Assembly (NCBI GenBank): GCA_964016885.1
Contig: OZ024742.1
Span: forward strand, 69,688,001-69,752,000
Source of the DNA: Eledone cirrhosa
Taxonomy: Eukaryota
Direction of reading: 5' to 3'
Length of the DNA stretch: 64,000 nt
In this document: piece after piece, positions 13,042-26,978 of the stretch
How the letters are laid out: each line of letters starts with the position of its first letter
Position numbering within the stretch: the stretch's first letter is position 1
The notes under the pieces: generated by a model
What the model was told of the DNA's origin: nothing
What the model saw: the letters and a program-made list of their open reading frames with translations, nothing else
Database searches by the model: none
Position numbers and translations under genes: made by a program

Positions 13042-14386
13042 CGTGCACGGAAAATTCCCAGAAGATTGCCAGGCGGAAAATTGCCTGTGGGTAAAATTGC
13101 CAGCGAGGAATATTGCCAATGCTTTAAGGTTTTGAATCTATTTATCTGACAGTGCTTTGGAATGAGGTTTTATTAACCTTAAGATTTACAACGAAACGTT
13201 TTATTGATCATCATTTCGTATATAAAATAAAATATTGTGTGGGGGTCTTGCTGTACTAAATTCTTGATTATGTTGAACAGGTTTTCATAGGTTGTTTCAA
13301 TTTTGTTAGGAAGAAATGCAAAAGCACGTGAAAACTAGATTTTTTAACCTGTACATGAATTGTAAAAAGCTGACATCAAGGGACACTTTGAACGTTCCAT
13401 CTATAGCCCAGTTTCTATATTTTCTTAAATCTTGAATGCCATCATTCATACTAAATAACAATATTTGATTTTCATCATCGGACCCAGAATCAAGATTTTG
13501 AAATTCGGGTGGAATTATGAATCCTGTCCTTTCAGAGGGAATTAATGGGGTGCAGGATGTTTGCTTTTTCCAGTGTCGAACATTTCTAGTACATTCATCT
13601 AAAGATGATAAACAATTTGCAACCAAAGAACGAGTAGGTTGACACGAAGTCAAAACTTCTTCCTTCAGATCTTGAATCGCTACTTTAGCATCTACCTTAC
13701 TCTTGGTGGAAGTGTGAATGTGTTCGTTAACAAATTTTTAAATTTCGTAATCATGATCCTTTGATTTGGTGTATAGTCTTGCTGGACACGATTTCTGTTT
13801 TCTTACAGCAGATTCCCTTGTTTAGCCAATTTTGATGATACATATTTTGAAGTCCATCGACAAGAATATCCTTGCCACGTTCACTTGTTATAAAAGAAGC
13901 CATTAGGGGTACAAGAATAATAAAATAAAAAAACAGTATATCTCTTTCGTACCAATTCATGCCTTGAACTAATTTCTTCTTTAAGTAAGTCATGTAAATT
14001 TGTGTTCAAATGAAAAAGAGAAATTGTAGTGATGGTTTGAACAAGCAATTATAAAAAATAATGGATAGAGAAATTGTAGTTTTAGTTAGAACAAGCAGTT
14101 ATAAAAAGAGAAATGGATAACCTTATGTTACTAATATTCTCGTCAGTTAGGTTACACTTCAAATTAAAAAAATAAGCACTTATAAAAAGAGAAATGCTAG
14201 TTTTGGTCCAAATGAGCAATAACTATAAAAAGAGGAATTCATTTTTTAAACTGGAATTATCTTCATTTACGTTAGATTCTCTGAGATCACTCTTTTAATT
14301 TGTCAATAGCAATTTTCCCCACGGGCAATTTTCCACCTGGCAATCTTCAGGCTGGCAATTTTTTAACTGGGAATTTTCCTAGAACC
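13042..14386 (-). mobile_element. MULE/Mutator DNA transposon remnant with TIRs, in GRL intron 1
   Basis: Termini ggaaaattcccag...aaaattgcc and ggcaatttt...ctgggaattttcc are inverted and carry subterminal repeats. Minus-strand fragments FITSERGKDIL and WAIDGTFKV (MULE first catalytic Asp motif) lie inside. Both flanks are (TA)n. Confidence 0.85.
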
Positions 14387-14419
<33 letters not shown>

Positions 14420-14435
14420 TATATATACACGCGGA

Positions 14436-14476
<41 letters not shown>

Positions 14477-15084
14477 CACACACGATCTGCGTGTCTTACT
14501 TTCCCTTCGATAAAACCCGGTAGACCACCAACACTTCTTTCCTCGGCCGCTGACTTCATCAGCATCACATCCCGTGAGATTTCCGCCTCCAATTCCACTC
14601 CACAACCTAACTGTTCCTCTCAATGGAGCCCATCCCCACGCAAACCTATCGCCTTTTCAGGGGTGCCACCCTACGTTCCACCTTCTCCCAGATCCGCACA
14701 ATCAAGTGCGAACTCCCACAATTCCTTTTCCTTCTATATTCTACCTGTCACCCTTTCCTCGAGCATTCGATCCTTCTTTACATCCAACACCTCTCAACTT
14801 CCCACCTTTCCGCTCCCACTTCTCCCCCCCCCCCCCTCATCCACACTATACCCTCTTCCCCCTACCCACTCTGGAATAAACGAACTGTGCTTCTTTACAT
14901 TAATTCAAAGAGGGTAAGCATTTTTTTTCTACCAGGGTTGTAGGAATCTCAAAGGTTTTCGAAGAGAGTACTCATTACAGCCCTCTGTGCTGAAACATCT
15001 GAATTTGTCACGAAATATGTATGTATGTATATCAGATCGCTCCTCAGCGCTACTGGTAACATGTAACCCAGTACAACCTGTGCA

Positions 15085-15200
15085 TGGTCAGGTCGTCGGC
15101 GACTAAACCCCACAGCCCCACCAAACTTGCTTGGTGAGGTGGACGATTTTGGACAACCTTCGGGATGAAAAACAAAGTCAGACAAAGGGCGGAGGAACGC
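15085..15200 (+). repeat. Interspersed repeat fragment, related copies at ~40640-40750 (+) and ~48605-48715 (-)
   Basis: Shared motifs ggcgactaaa...ccacca..cttgcttg...cgggatgaaaaacaaa. Confidence 0.6.
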
Positions 15201-16900
15201 ATGAGAATAAACGGTCATCAAATAAAGATTTTTTTTTTATTAGAGCGAGCGACTCGTAGTGTTCATTAAGAATCTCTAGGGGAAAGTCACTCTCATATAA
15301 AACCTGCGGCTTCGTTTGCATCCAATGATGTAGACCAGTTCATCTTTTTAGGCAAATGCATTCGATGTTCAGTTGGATTGGCCCCGTGCAAATTCTATCC
15401 TCACTTTAAAAAGCTTCAAGCAGAGGCAGGGCTTGATATGTGACATTTTTTTCGATGCATAGTATTGCTAACCATAAGCATGTCCCCAACAGGACTAAAA
15501 AGCCGCATCCTTGATGCTCATGTTTAGGTATCAGTAATGGGATTACTCAAAATTGAGTTGCAGCCATCATGTATGTATGTGTGTATGTATGCATCTTTTT
15601 ATTGATGGATGGGTGAATTGATAGATACCATTAAACGTGTCGATCTCTATGTTATGTATGTGTGTACGTCTACATTTTCAGTTAAGTATCTTCTTCAGTC
15701 TAAGTTTATGGCATGTTTCACATACTTTCACAGTCCTATTAACGGTTTTTAAATGTTTCTGTGACACAGTTTTTCCAGTTTAATGTGGAGAGAGTAAGTT
15801 ACATAATCAAATGACCCTATAATCACAGGTATAAGCCTTACGTTACAACAAGGGTACGAGTAATTTTGTTATTTCCTGTTCCCAGAAAGCAAATGTGTAC
15901 TGCTCAAAGATACTGGTAATATGAAAAAGACGAATGATCACGATTTATACCTAGAATGTTCCCCTCTGAGGCATAGGTCTGGGAAAGTTATTTGTGAAAA
16001 GCCAGCAGTCATCCATGCATACCGGTCTTCCCTCTCTCCGCCACCGTTGTTTTCCAAGGGAAAGGCAATGGACGATACAATTTGACACCAGTGACACAGG
16101 AATCTACAATGGAAAATATTTAGAATTTCTTGCAAATCTTCCCTTTACCGCCATTTGGAGGATTCTAGTTAATTGTATTTGTTTCTCTGCGAAAAATCCC
16201 AGCATTCCCATTCAAATCTGTGGTTATATTATAATCTGAGTTGGAGATAATGTGTTTTTAGAATAGTGTTGAAGTTGTGTTCTCGCTTAATATAACAGCG
16301 TCCCGGGGAAGGGTTTTTTAGTAGTGCCCAGGAAAATTGTAGATGTGTCTATGTGTTGTGTTGATTGCAATGAATGACACTACGTAGTATTTCAGGATGT
16401 TAGAAATAGCAGCGAAATATTCAGATTTCAATTTAACGTTTGTACTTTGTGGGTGTTATTGTTGTCATTGTTGTTTTTGTTACAGATCCTGTTGTTAATA
16501 ATATTGCTGTTGTCCTTACCGTTGTTGTTATTATTGTTGTGACGGATGTGTTATTTATGAGGATGTTGCTAAAGCCTTTAATGTTATAATTACTAGTGTT
16601 GCGATTGTTGTTATAGTTTTTCTTACTGTTGTTGTAATTGTTGTTGGTGTTGTTGTTGGTGTTCTTGCTGCTGATGTTTGTCTTGTTATTGTATTTATTG
16701 GTGTTGTTATTTTAGTTATTGGCATTACTGATGCGGTTGTTAAAGTTCTTGTTAATATACGCCACACAAAATCCCACGTTTTCAAATATTATCAAATTAG
16801 GAAACATCTACGTGACCAAGTGATCTGCTAGAATGCGCAGCCAAATTTCCATTAAATCATATATTACTGTCTTGAAAGGGAAACATTGGATGGAGTAGAC

Positions 16901-17216
16901 CAGGGTCATGCAACATTTGGTCCGCGGGCCACAATTTGACCCGCCAGACAAGTAAGAGTGGCCCGCAATGACCGTTTTTAATTTTTACCTTGTAGGCTTA
17001 TATAGAATCTTTTGGTAACCGTAATACAATTTTCTGTTAGTTGACCTATACTAAAGGGCTTCACTGATACGGTTATGTGTCATAATTTCCCAGTTCCATG
17101 TTATGGAAAGAAGTTGTGGTGAATCTTTGGAAAGGTGCTTAATAAATATTAATGGCCCTAATAGTTGTTCCAATGTTCAAAAGTGGCCCGCCAATGGAAT
17201 ATGTTGCACACCCCTG
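16901..17216. mobile_element. hAT (Charlie-like) MITE
   Basis: TIRs cagggtcatgcaacat / atgttgcacacccctg, subterminal ggcccgc motifs, and an 8-bp TSD gagtagac / gtgtagac. Confidence 0.85.
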
Positions 17217-17628
17217 GTGTAGACACATTATATGATGTAGATTACGATACACTTAAAAAATAAGATAGTTCTGGCTAGAATGCTTTCAAGTATTGATCTG
17301 CTCAATGAAGATTGAAAGTGGGCTCAGGTATACGAAAGAACAACAATTGTAGCTAATTTAAGAAGGACTATTGAGTCGCTCATCCTGTTAAAAATAACAG
17401 TCAAATATTGCTCAAATCACACACTAGATTCTTGAGGGACGCGACAGTCGAGTGGAGAAACGGTCGTTTAGTATCAACCTGTGGCACAACAATAACACCA
17501 CCACCATCACCAAAAAACAACAACAACAACTACAACAACAACAACTACAACAACAACAACAACAACAATGTCATTAAACACATGAGTATACCGAAAGCTT
17601 TCTCTCTCTTTTTTTTCCTTTAATTCAG

Positions 17629-17700
17629 GTTAAAGGTCCCATAGACAGTTTGTACCGACTGAGCTTGAAGAATCAGTGGAGCCAAGATACCATGGCCCGG
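17629..17700 (+). CDS. GRL exon 2 (VKGPIDSLYRLSLKNQWSQDTMAR)
   Basis: Long polypyrimidine tract plus ttcag acceptor, 72 bp open in phase 0, donor gtcagt. Size and position fit the loop after TM6. Confidence 0.75.
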
Positions 17701-17754
17701 GTCAGTTATTTTAATTGATTATTTTTGGATTTAAATTTTTGGAGGCTTGATTGA

Positions 17755-17824
<70 letters not shown>

Positions 17825-18144
17825 GTTTAACAAGGTTCAATGAATTCATCAATTTATAAAGTTTCACAATAGATTATAAGAACTCTACAGTAGGGTTTTC
17901 TGGAGTTATTAATATTACTTCAAAATATTAATAAATATAGACATTCATGTGATCAAATATATTTTATTATACATATTTCAGAGATACTGAGCTGTTTCAA
18001 CAGTACCTCCTCATCAGATAAAATGAGTTGATGCCTGACATACCTTGACTATGTTGATGGTTATAATTTAGTCATGGCAGTGATTAGTTATGACAAAACT
18101 CAATATTTATATACCTTAAGTTGAAACATGAAAAATGACATATA

Positions 18145-18520
18145 ATACTCACTCAGACTCAGAAGCTTCCGCGCCTTGCGACGCATGAGGCAATCATAGT
18201 GTTCCATCGCGTTCGGTCAGCAGCCAGTTGCACAGCGTTCCGCCATTGTCTGTTTGTCCCTCGCAGGTCCCTCGCAGGTCCTTCTCAACTGTCTGGCGCC
18301 AGTTCATTTTGTGTTGCCCTCTCCGTCTGCTTCCCTGCCGGCTCCATTTAAGTACTTGGTTCGCCAGTCTCTCCGGAGGAAGTCTCAAAGCGTATCCAAA
18401 CCAGCCCAGGCGTCGCTTGCAGATGATAGAAGAGACTAGCTGCTGGTTGGTGCGGTTCCTGACTTCCTGGTTTGTTACATGGTCACTCCATTTAATCCCC
18501 AGGATCTTTCGCAGACAGAA
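18145..18520 (-). mobile_element. RTE-like LINE 3' fragment
   Basis: MRLPPERLANQVLKWSRQGSRRRGQHKMNWRQTVEKDL matches the RTE ORF2 C-terminal pattern; a short (ctgagt) tail follows. Confidence 0.75.
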
Positions 18521-21500
18521 TACTCAGTATTCTGAGGATCAAATACTCAGAATACTGAGTATTCTGAGTATTCTGAGGATTTTATCAGAGGTAAATAATG
18601 TAATGGAGATCGAGTGACGCAACTTTGAGCGATCAGCGGCCTCTAGACTCACCTGATCAATGAAACAATTGTTAATACCTGAAATAAAGCCCCTTGTTGT
18701 ACAGCCAACCATGTTACTCTTCATTCTTTCACTATTATTACTCCAAGTATAACCTACATAGGAATTATCACGAACTTGCTGCCTGACTATGGAAACATCT
18801 TTTTGAGTTAAACATAGCCGTACGTTAAAACTATCCACGACGCAGAGTACTCACAACCTCTACCTGGATTACCTATAACGATAACTTGTTACCCCATATA
18901 TATATATATATATGAATGTAAGTATAGTATATTTGGTAATATACCGTATGCTTAATTAAAAACATGTTGAAGACCATACGCTATCAGTTTTAAAGTAGTG
19001 ACTATGTCACTTACTTAAGTTTTCATATATATATATATATAATGGTAAAAATAATAAACGAAAGATAGTTACTTTAGATCAGCTCTATTTATTTTATTAT
19101 TGCATATTTCGAAGATGCAAGGCTTATGTATAACATAATCCAAAACATGTTCTCGGCAGACAAAATGCATAGGAGATGCAGGATTCTTTTTATATACTGG
19201 CGGTCAAACGAGCTGGACAGATAGGTGACAACCAAGCATATGATTAGAAAAAAAAACCCAACACAGGAAACGTTACGTGAGTGGGAGAAAAATACAGTTG
19301 GACTTAATATTTTTGAAATTATTTAAAATATGACGTAATTAGATTGGCCAAAAAAATAAATAAATATAGACCGTTAGACAGTTTATATGTTTCTTATATT
19401 AGCTTAAGATAGATACTATACCAAAAATAATATATACTATACCAAAGAAAAAATATTCGAGGATGCTAAAGTAATATTGTAACTATAGAAGAAAAATTAG
19501 GATAACAAAATTCAAAGGTAAATTATCTATGCTTATGTATAATTTAAATTGATATGATATGAGTGGAAACATTTAACAATTGGTATGGGTTTTTTATGTA
19601 ATTGATTTGGTTATAATACTATGAGATAAATTATTTAGATCAAAAGAAGTGCTTAATTTATCCTTTCAACAATTATATTTAAGTAGGTATTATACGAATA
19701 GAGGAAAATATTAACTATTGTGTTTTTGGAAAACATTTATCAAGAGAATTAAAGAAAAGATAAGTTAAGTTCTTGATTCCTAAAGATAATGGTGGACTAT
19801 ACCACATAACAGAACGGTATCAAACTCTTTTACAAGACCTATTGGTTTTATAGGAGTTAACAATACGTTTAGACAGCTTAGCAAATCAAATATAGTGATC
19901 GGCAGTCCAGCCGCATTACCACAGCAACGGAAAATACAGGACATAGTAAAATATTTTAGACTGACCTGGACACATAACAGAACGGTATCAAACTCTTTTA
20001 CAAGACCTATTGGTTTTATAGGAGTTATATCGAGTCGAAATAGGATTTGTCCTGACTCCATATCTTAAGTTTTGATTATCAGCATTATTAGAATTATTAT
20101 AAACTGTATGTGTGTTGTGTTAATATCTATTGTATGCTGATTTCTATACGGGGTGGAGGGTGTAATGAATTTTGTCTATGTACACAATTTTATCAGGGTA
20201 ACCTGCTCTATTTAAAGCATTGTTATAGTATTTAGCCTTACTCTCGAAAATTTCTTTGTTAGCTGAGAGTGTGGAGATTCTTTGTTGAACACTATTAACT
20301 ATGGCCCTTTTAGCGATTCTAGGATGGTTTGAATGGAAGCTAACATAATTAAGGTTTTCGTTTGATATATGGAATGGATAGATATATATATACGAGATTG
20401 TTTCGTATAAGCTGGTCTCTCCACGTCGTTTTCTTCACTCGTAAAAAAGAAACCTCGTTAAAACAATAATTTACCTGTATAAAAACCAGTTTCAAAACAT
20501 TGTAAATTAGAAATATGTACATATCTGAATTTCTGAAAACATGGCCTGTATTCTCTAAAAAAATCTGTCTTTTCATCGATATTTGTGAAACATGTACTTG
20601 AGCACGTGCTACAGTAAGTCAATTTATTTTATCTATTTTAAACCTGCAAGCCTTGTTTATATATTCTATATCCGATACATCGTTATGTTTTCACTTTAAA
20701 TACTGGGTAAATGATATTTGTATTCTATTCCTATCTTCCTTTTTTTGTTTCATATTTTCAATAATTGCTTTGGTGTCTGAAGGACATACACTATACAAAT
20801 TCTTATTTTTATTTTTATTTTTATTTTGCCACAGGCAGAACGTACAATAATCAGTTTTGTTTATCTTATTTCTCAATATTTTTTACTTATCTTATTTTCT
20901 GAGATAGTAATTGTATTTTGCTTTATTTATGTTTTTAATTGGTGCCCTGTATTGTTATTTTTCGTTAAGGTAAGGTATTATGATTGTAGAGTAATAGTAA
21001 TTGTATTTCGTATTTTTTTTTTAAATAATTGATTATTATAATTGAAGTATGGAAGTCAATACAGATACAAATGCTCTGGTAAATGTGATCCGAATTCATT
21101 GAAACAGGAAACTAAAGGAACTAGAAATCATGCTCAGTTTCTCTTTCAAACAAACTAATTAAGAAGATCCTGCAGAGCTGTGGTTTCGGCACAGATACAG
21201 CGAAAGAGAATTGTTTTCGTGACTACTCACTTGTTAGTCCACGCATGGATCAGCTGAGTCATATTTTCACAGAAGAGACGAAAGAAGACCAAAAAGAAAA
21301 AAAGAAATACGAGTTGCAAAGGACCCATGGAAGCCCTGAAGGAAAGTCGCCGAGAGGGAGATGGTTTGTGCCGCAGACAACATCAGTGAAGAAGATGGAT
21401 AACAAAATGAAATATTGGAATGCAGCAAAGGTAAACTATAGAACGGACGCTACTAAGAAGAAAAACGCATATAAACAGACAGGAGATAACCAGTGGCTAA

Positions 21501-22203
21501 ATGTCAAGGGGTAGAAGACTAGAACTAATAAAACAGAGACCATGGGAAAAAGAAAGCCCAAGAACTCTCTAAGAGAAATGGACCTCCTGGCATGGGGAAG
21601 CTGGGACATGCTGCAGTTTTGCACACCCGGACCCTATGCAAGTTGCGCCTTCCTGCTCATGCCAACTACTCAAGCCAAAACCATCATGTGCAACCAACAC
21701 AGTACTCAGGATCACTGCCCAGGAAGTATGCCGAGGTTGCAAACACTGCCCGATGAAGAGGAAACAGTATGTGGAAGCAGTACAAGCTGTAGCTGCAGAA
21801 CAACAGTCTTTCTTAAAAGTATAGCGGCAAAGATTGTGAGACAGTTGACTTGGTTTCATCAAATACAACGCCAAAGTCAGTCACATCAACACTTGCGACC
21901 ACCACAAATAAAGGGCCCAGGGTGGCTACCACTGATACCCATGCAAATGACATATCAGCAGCCACCATTGACACCACAAATGTCACACAAGTGCTATTTC
22001 TAAATGTCAGACGCCTGGTATAACTGAACAATTAGATCCAATTAGAAAGTAAAATCAATTAAAGATGTTCATATTTTTTCAATTTATAGGGAAATTCCTG
22101 GCATGATTACATACCTACATGTTAGATATGTGCATATATTTACACGTTGGTTCAGTCTCGGTTACACGCTCTGTATATATACAGATTTATCTATCTATAT
22201 ATC

Positions 22204-24822
22204 GCCCCTCGAGTGCCTTCAGGCGCTCACAGCCCTCTACCAAGCGGAAACAGCAATCAGCGGAGACTCCACTTCGACATTCTATAGGGGATTAGTGGAG
22301 GATAAGAGCGATAACGTTCTCGGGGAAACTCTGGGCATCGAGGAGGACGAACTGACCAGTCTGTTCGGGAGGATTTTCCGTCCGGGCCTATGGATAACTT
22401 CCGGAGGTCTCTGGCCTGGCACTGCTACCGAGGAGCTCTACCAGTTCGAGACGAAATCTCGAAATGGACTTTGGTTCATACCTCAACGGCCTGCCGCGTC
22501 TCTCGGGCATGGACACCGAGTTCTGCGAAAGATCGATCACAGCCACTAAGATACGGGACGCTCTGGGCTGCTGCGGGAAACGCAAATCACCCGGTCTAGA
22601 TGGTCTACCCTATGAGTTTTACATAGGCATGTCGGACTTGTTCTCTGGCGTCCTCGAAGCCGTCTACTGCAATTGGCAGCAGAACGGGACAATTCCCAGT
22701 TCTGCAGGCAAGGGCGTAGTAACGCTGATCAGGAAAGACGAGAGCAAGGGGGACGAAATAAACGTCGAAAACCTGGTAGGGAAAGCGCAAACGTGTGCAA
22801 CCCGAACAGGTCCATACACGACATTGCGATACATCATAAAGAGGGTGGGGTGTAAACCTGGCTTCGGTCGGGCTCTGATCAATTTAGATCAGTCTAAGGC
22901 ATTCGATAGGGTCGACCATCGATACTTGGAAGCGGTCCTCAAGGCAGCCGGTTTCGGACCCGTTTTCAGAGGATATATCAAGGCGATGCACACCAGCATC
23001 TGCTCGAAGGTCAAGGTGAACGGCTACTTATCGGAGCCGTTCGCAATCACGCATTCCATTCGACAAGGATGCTCTCTCTCCTCCATTCTGTATGTATTGA
23101 TTCTAGAGCCACTATTGCGTAAGTTGGAGCTTTTGCAGGGCATCCATTTAGAACCGAGACTGCGCAAAGCGGCGTCGGCTTATACCGATGACGTGACGGC
23201 AATGGTGTCGAAAACCTCGGAAATCGAGGTAATCGGCAACCTACTACAGCAATACGAAAGGTTCACAGGAGCAAAACTGAACCCGGACAAGTCTGTCGGT
23301 TTGCAACTCGGAACGTGGAGAGGCAAACCGATGCCGTCCCACAGCGTCGTCGGACGCTGGATGGAAGGACCAGTGAAATTGCTCGGGGTCTGGTTCGGTC
23401 CAGACCTCCAGGTGGAGAAAAACTGGAACGAGGTCATGGCCAAGGTATTTGCGCTCACCCAGAAGTGGGCAGAGTGCAAACTATCCTTGAAAGGTCGAGC
23501 GAAGGTGGCGAACACTTTCATAGCGTTCGTCATCTACTACCGCTTGACTGTCGTGCCTTGTTCCCGTGAATACCCCACCAAGATGGAACGCATGCTCTTC
23601 CAGTTCCTGTGGAAGAAGCAGGCTCAATTGGTGAGGAGATCCGTTTGCTGTCAACACCCTTCCAACGGAAGGCTGGGCATGCCGTGTTTAATGATGCGCA
23701 AACATACGCTGAGGCTACGGCATCTCCAGGTATTCCTCACCGACCAACCGGTGTGGGCACCGTTTGTGAGACAGGCTTTCCCACAACGTGTCTCGCTGAC
23801 GGAGCTGCAGGCCTGGGTCAAGCGAAGACCGAAGAAGATTGGCACCTGGCACATTGAATGCGCTCAGGCGCTCACAGTCCTCTGTCAGGCGGGCACCGCA
23901 ATCAGTGGAGACTCCACTTCGACATTCTATAGAGGGTTAGTACTTTACAAGTGCGACGACGTGCTCGGGGAGACTCTGGGCGTCGAAGACGACGAGTTCA
24001 CAAGTCGGTTCGGTAGGACATTTCGCCCGAGACCTGTGGACAACTTCCAGAGGTCCCTGGTCTGGCAGTGTTACCGAGGAGCTCTACCCGTTCGAGATAA
24101 GATCTACAGGCTCGGACGCCCCGGCAGGGATCCTTCCAAGAGGACGTGTCCAAGATGCGAGCAAGACATTGAAACCGTCTTGCACGCAATTGTACACTGC
24201 CCGGGCGTAAGCGACCTGTGGAACTATGCAGAACAACTGCTGTCACGTATGGGACAAATCCAGTTGACTGCCGAGTCCATAGTAAGGATCAAACCGCCAG
24301 CCTCTTTCAAAAACGAAAGAGAGGCGGTTTTCCTCTGTACAGTGGCTAGAGTGAATGAGGTTATATGGTGTACGAGATTGAGAGGTCTCTTCGGACAGCA
24401 ATTAATTCCCTTCTTTAAGTATCACCTTAGAAGGAGAATCAGAGTAGAGAGAGCGACACTGCACCCCAGTAAATTTACTGAAAGGTGGGTGAATGAAGCG
24501 GAAATGGCCCGAGTGATTGGGCCTTCTCTGTTTATAAGCCTGTAGGTTAAAGAAGAGAGCAAAAGAAGAAAGGAGCACTTGCACAACACGCTCCTGAAGT
24601 TGAGGGTTGTTCTATCGACGGGGTATTAAACAACTCATATGTGGCGTCAACCCCCCCCCCCCCCCCCCTCCACCTCCTATTGGGGATTTCGATTGTTATA
24701 ATTGTTTGTTTCATATTTTTACAGATTGTATGTAAAATCGCCGGCATGTCTTTGTTTTGTCCCCTTTTGCTGTGCGCGCTTGTGGCTAATAAAGAAATCT
24801 ATCTATCTATCTATCTATCTAT
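22204..24822 (+). mobile_element. 5'-truncated Tx1/L1-clade LINE; 693-aa ORF (22464-24545) with RT and C-terminal zinc finger; (CTAT)n tail
   Basis: KSPGLDGLPYEFY, LDQSKAFDRVDH, IRQGCSLS, YTDD, CPRC...H...C; 3' end aataaagaaat(ctat)n. The RT has internal deletions, so it is probably non-functional. Confidence 0.92.
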
Positions 24823-25012
24823 CGGGGTCTGTGTTACCCATATAAACTGTCTCCCTCTATTGGGGAAAATCGACTAACTTTTAAATTCCATCTGTGATAA
24901 CATTTTACACGTTTTTATTGTATGTAAACTTCCCCCTTTGTATTTGTCCCCTTCTTTTGTGCCCCTGTGGCTAATAAAGAAATATATCTATCTATCTATC
25001 TATCTATCTCTC
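24823..25012 (+). mobile_element. Second short 3'-UTR fragment of a related Tx1-like LINE, in tandem
   Basis: Repeats ctattgggga...ttgtatgtaaa...tgtggctaataaagaaat(atct)n. Confidence 0.75.
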
Positions 25013-25074
25013 TATATATCTATTGCAAAATAACAGGAGGCATGTGCTGGCGTAAATCCTTGAAAGGTTTTTTA

Positions 25075-25130
25075 TACTATGATCATTTCAATGACCGGGT
25101 TCAGTATGAATCCGGTGACATCATCAGGTA
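25075..25130 (-). ncRNA. Minimal type-I hammerhead ribozyme
   Basis: UAC-CUGAUGA-stem II (ACCGGAUUCA/UGAACCCGGU)-GAAA-UGAUCA (palindromic stem III)-UA^-GUA. Confidence 0.7.
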
Positions 25131-26817
25131 ATTAAAAATATAACGAAGGAATATAGCAGATAAAAATCCTTGGTGTTTAAATCAGAGACAAGAGGCCGGC
25201 CGGTATTTTAGCAGCTAGTAGCTGCGTAGACCGCCCTCAAGTGCTGATAATTGGGTCAAGATACTACCTTCTGGTGTGAGGGCGCAAGCCTTTAATGTAC
25301 TACTACCATCCCGTCAGATGAAAGTGTTAGCGCTGAGGTAACGCCTCAATCAGACTGGTCAGGCATGCTCGATATTGCCGCGAAATATGTTTTTTCAAGG
25401 ACAAACAGACATAGAGATTAAAAAGGGAGAGAGTGTGTGTGAATGAAAGAGAGATAGGGAGTGACAGAGAGAGAGTGTGTGTAGGGGAAAGAAAAACAGA
25501 GAGAGTGAGAAATAGAGAGTATGTGTAATTGATATAGAGAGAAGGTGACAATTAACAGAAGGAGGCTTTTATGAAGAAGTTTAGGTGTGATATATATAGT
25601 TACGATAAATGATCAGGGTAGTATATATAGTAAAAATATGCCCGTGCTAGCGGTCAATAACCAGCGATGACTGCGGGTCCCACGCTAACCACCTGCTTCC
25701 ACGTGCCAGCTGTTCCGAGTAATATCGTCTAGCGAAAGAAATGAAAATTAGTTTTTCCGAGCACTCCAGGAATGTAGCTGTCTTAGGCGTCGGTTGTGTC
25801 AGCGTGCCCCCCCCCCTCCCCCCTATCGCCGGCTGGCCATCGTATATACCAAGCGGTTGCTATTATATCACACAGTGTGGGGGTTTAGTTAAGTTCTAGT
25901 AGGAAGAGGCATGATACAGCTAAGGGTTATGACTAAGCCTAGAAAATAAGGGTACTATTTGGCGGTCAATGCCGGCGGCTCTGCGAGTCTCGAGCCAGGC
26001 CTGGTCCCGGGACGAAGGAGCTTTTCCGAGTAATTTCGTTTATTGAAAGAAGGGGAAATTTATTTTTCCAAACACTCAAGGAAGGCTAAAACGCCCTATT
26101 GGCCGGCGCGCAGTCAGGAAATCTGCCACATCCATCGTATCATCGCGTGTTACCAGACAATTAATATTTATTCACACCCGTGGTGTGAGGTTGAGAGTGG
26201 TAAAACGCGATGAAATGCACTAATAGCCTATATCAAGTCCCCAGCTAGTCCAAGTTGTATTAGTGTGCTTCTAGGGTGGGTATGGGGAATGAATAAGGAA
26301 ACAGATACATGGGTACATAGAGTATATTCCAGGGTCGTGTGCTAATGATCACAGTGGTAGTTATGTACTGGGAATAGAGCGAGTAAGTACATACATAAGT
26401 AAAAGGAATAATAAGCAAAATACAATATAAAAAAATAAAGTACAAATACGTAAATAAATAAAACAATAAAAATACATAAATAAAAAAATGCAGTCATAAC
26501 TAGGGTGGTGATGCATGGAGTAAAACGGAAGTACACAGAACATATCGAGGAAATCAAAATCACAGGGGAAATATAAGAAAGATCGAGGTGTATTCGGATA
26601 ATACAGGGCTATACATATAGATATAGAGGATGGAAGAGAAGGGGTGGTATCAGGTGATACCTGCTGTATGTTCAAGTCTTAATATTCAACGTGGATCACA
26701 AATGCCCTGAAGTATAGGATAGAGAAATCAGTCAATACAATACACGTTATATTAGAATATCCAGAAATATTTAGAGGAATCAGTGAGGTCTGTCGTAGTC
26801 TGGATAATCCCGACATG

Positions 26818-26978
26818 GGAGCAGCGGTGGACTAGGTGGCCGGTAGACAAAGCTCAAAGCATCCAAAATCCGAAAGGTGTAAGATTGCAGCAAAGAGTTA
26901 CAGTCCTTTATGGTCTGAGTTCATATCCCGCCGAGGTTAATTTTGCCTTTCATCCTTACGGGGTCGATAAAATAAAGT
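26818..26978 (+). mobile_element. tRNA-derived SINE, 3'-truncated at the hammerhead repeat
   Basis: gagttcatatcccgccgaggttaattttgcctttcatccttacggggtcgataaaataaagta is joined directly to acaggaggc. Confidence 0.8.

Noticed and set aside
18515-18590. Small self-complementary repeats of agtattctg/cagaatact
   Set aside because: Looks like local slippage or repair filler at a LINE truncation point; nothing else supports a function.
19802-20027. 57-bp direct repeat (19802 and ~19971) in AT-rich DNA
   Set aside because: Probably part of a decayed retroelement; no termini or motif could be established.
21245-22003. Cys-containing ORFs faintly resembling a piggyBac C-terminal domain (RGCKHC)
   Set aside because: No DDD motifs, TIRs or TTAA junctions could be identified; too weak to call.
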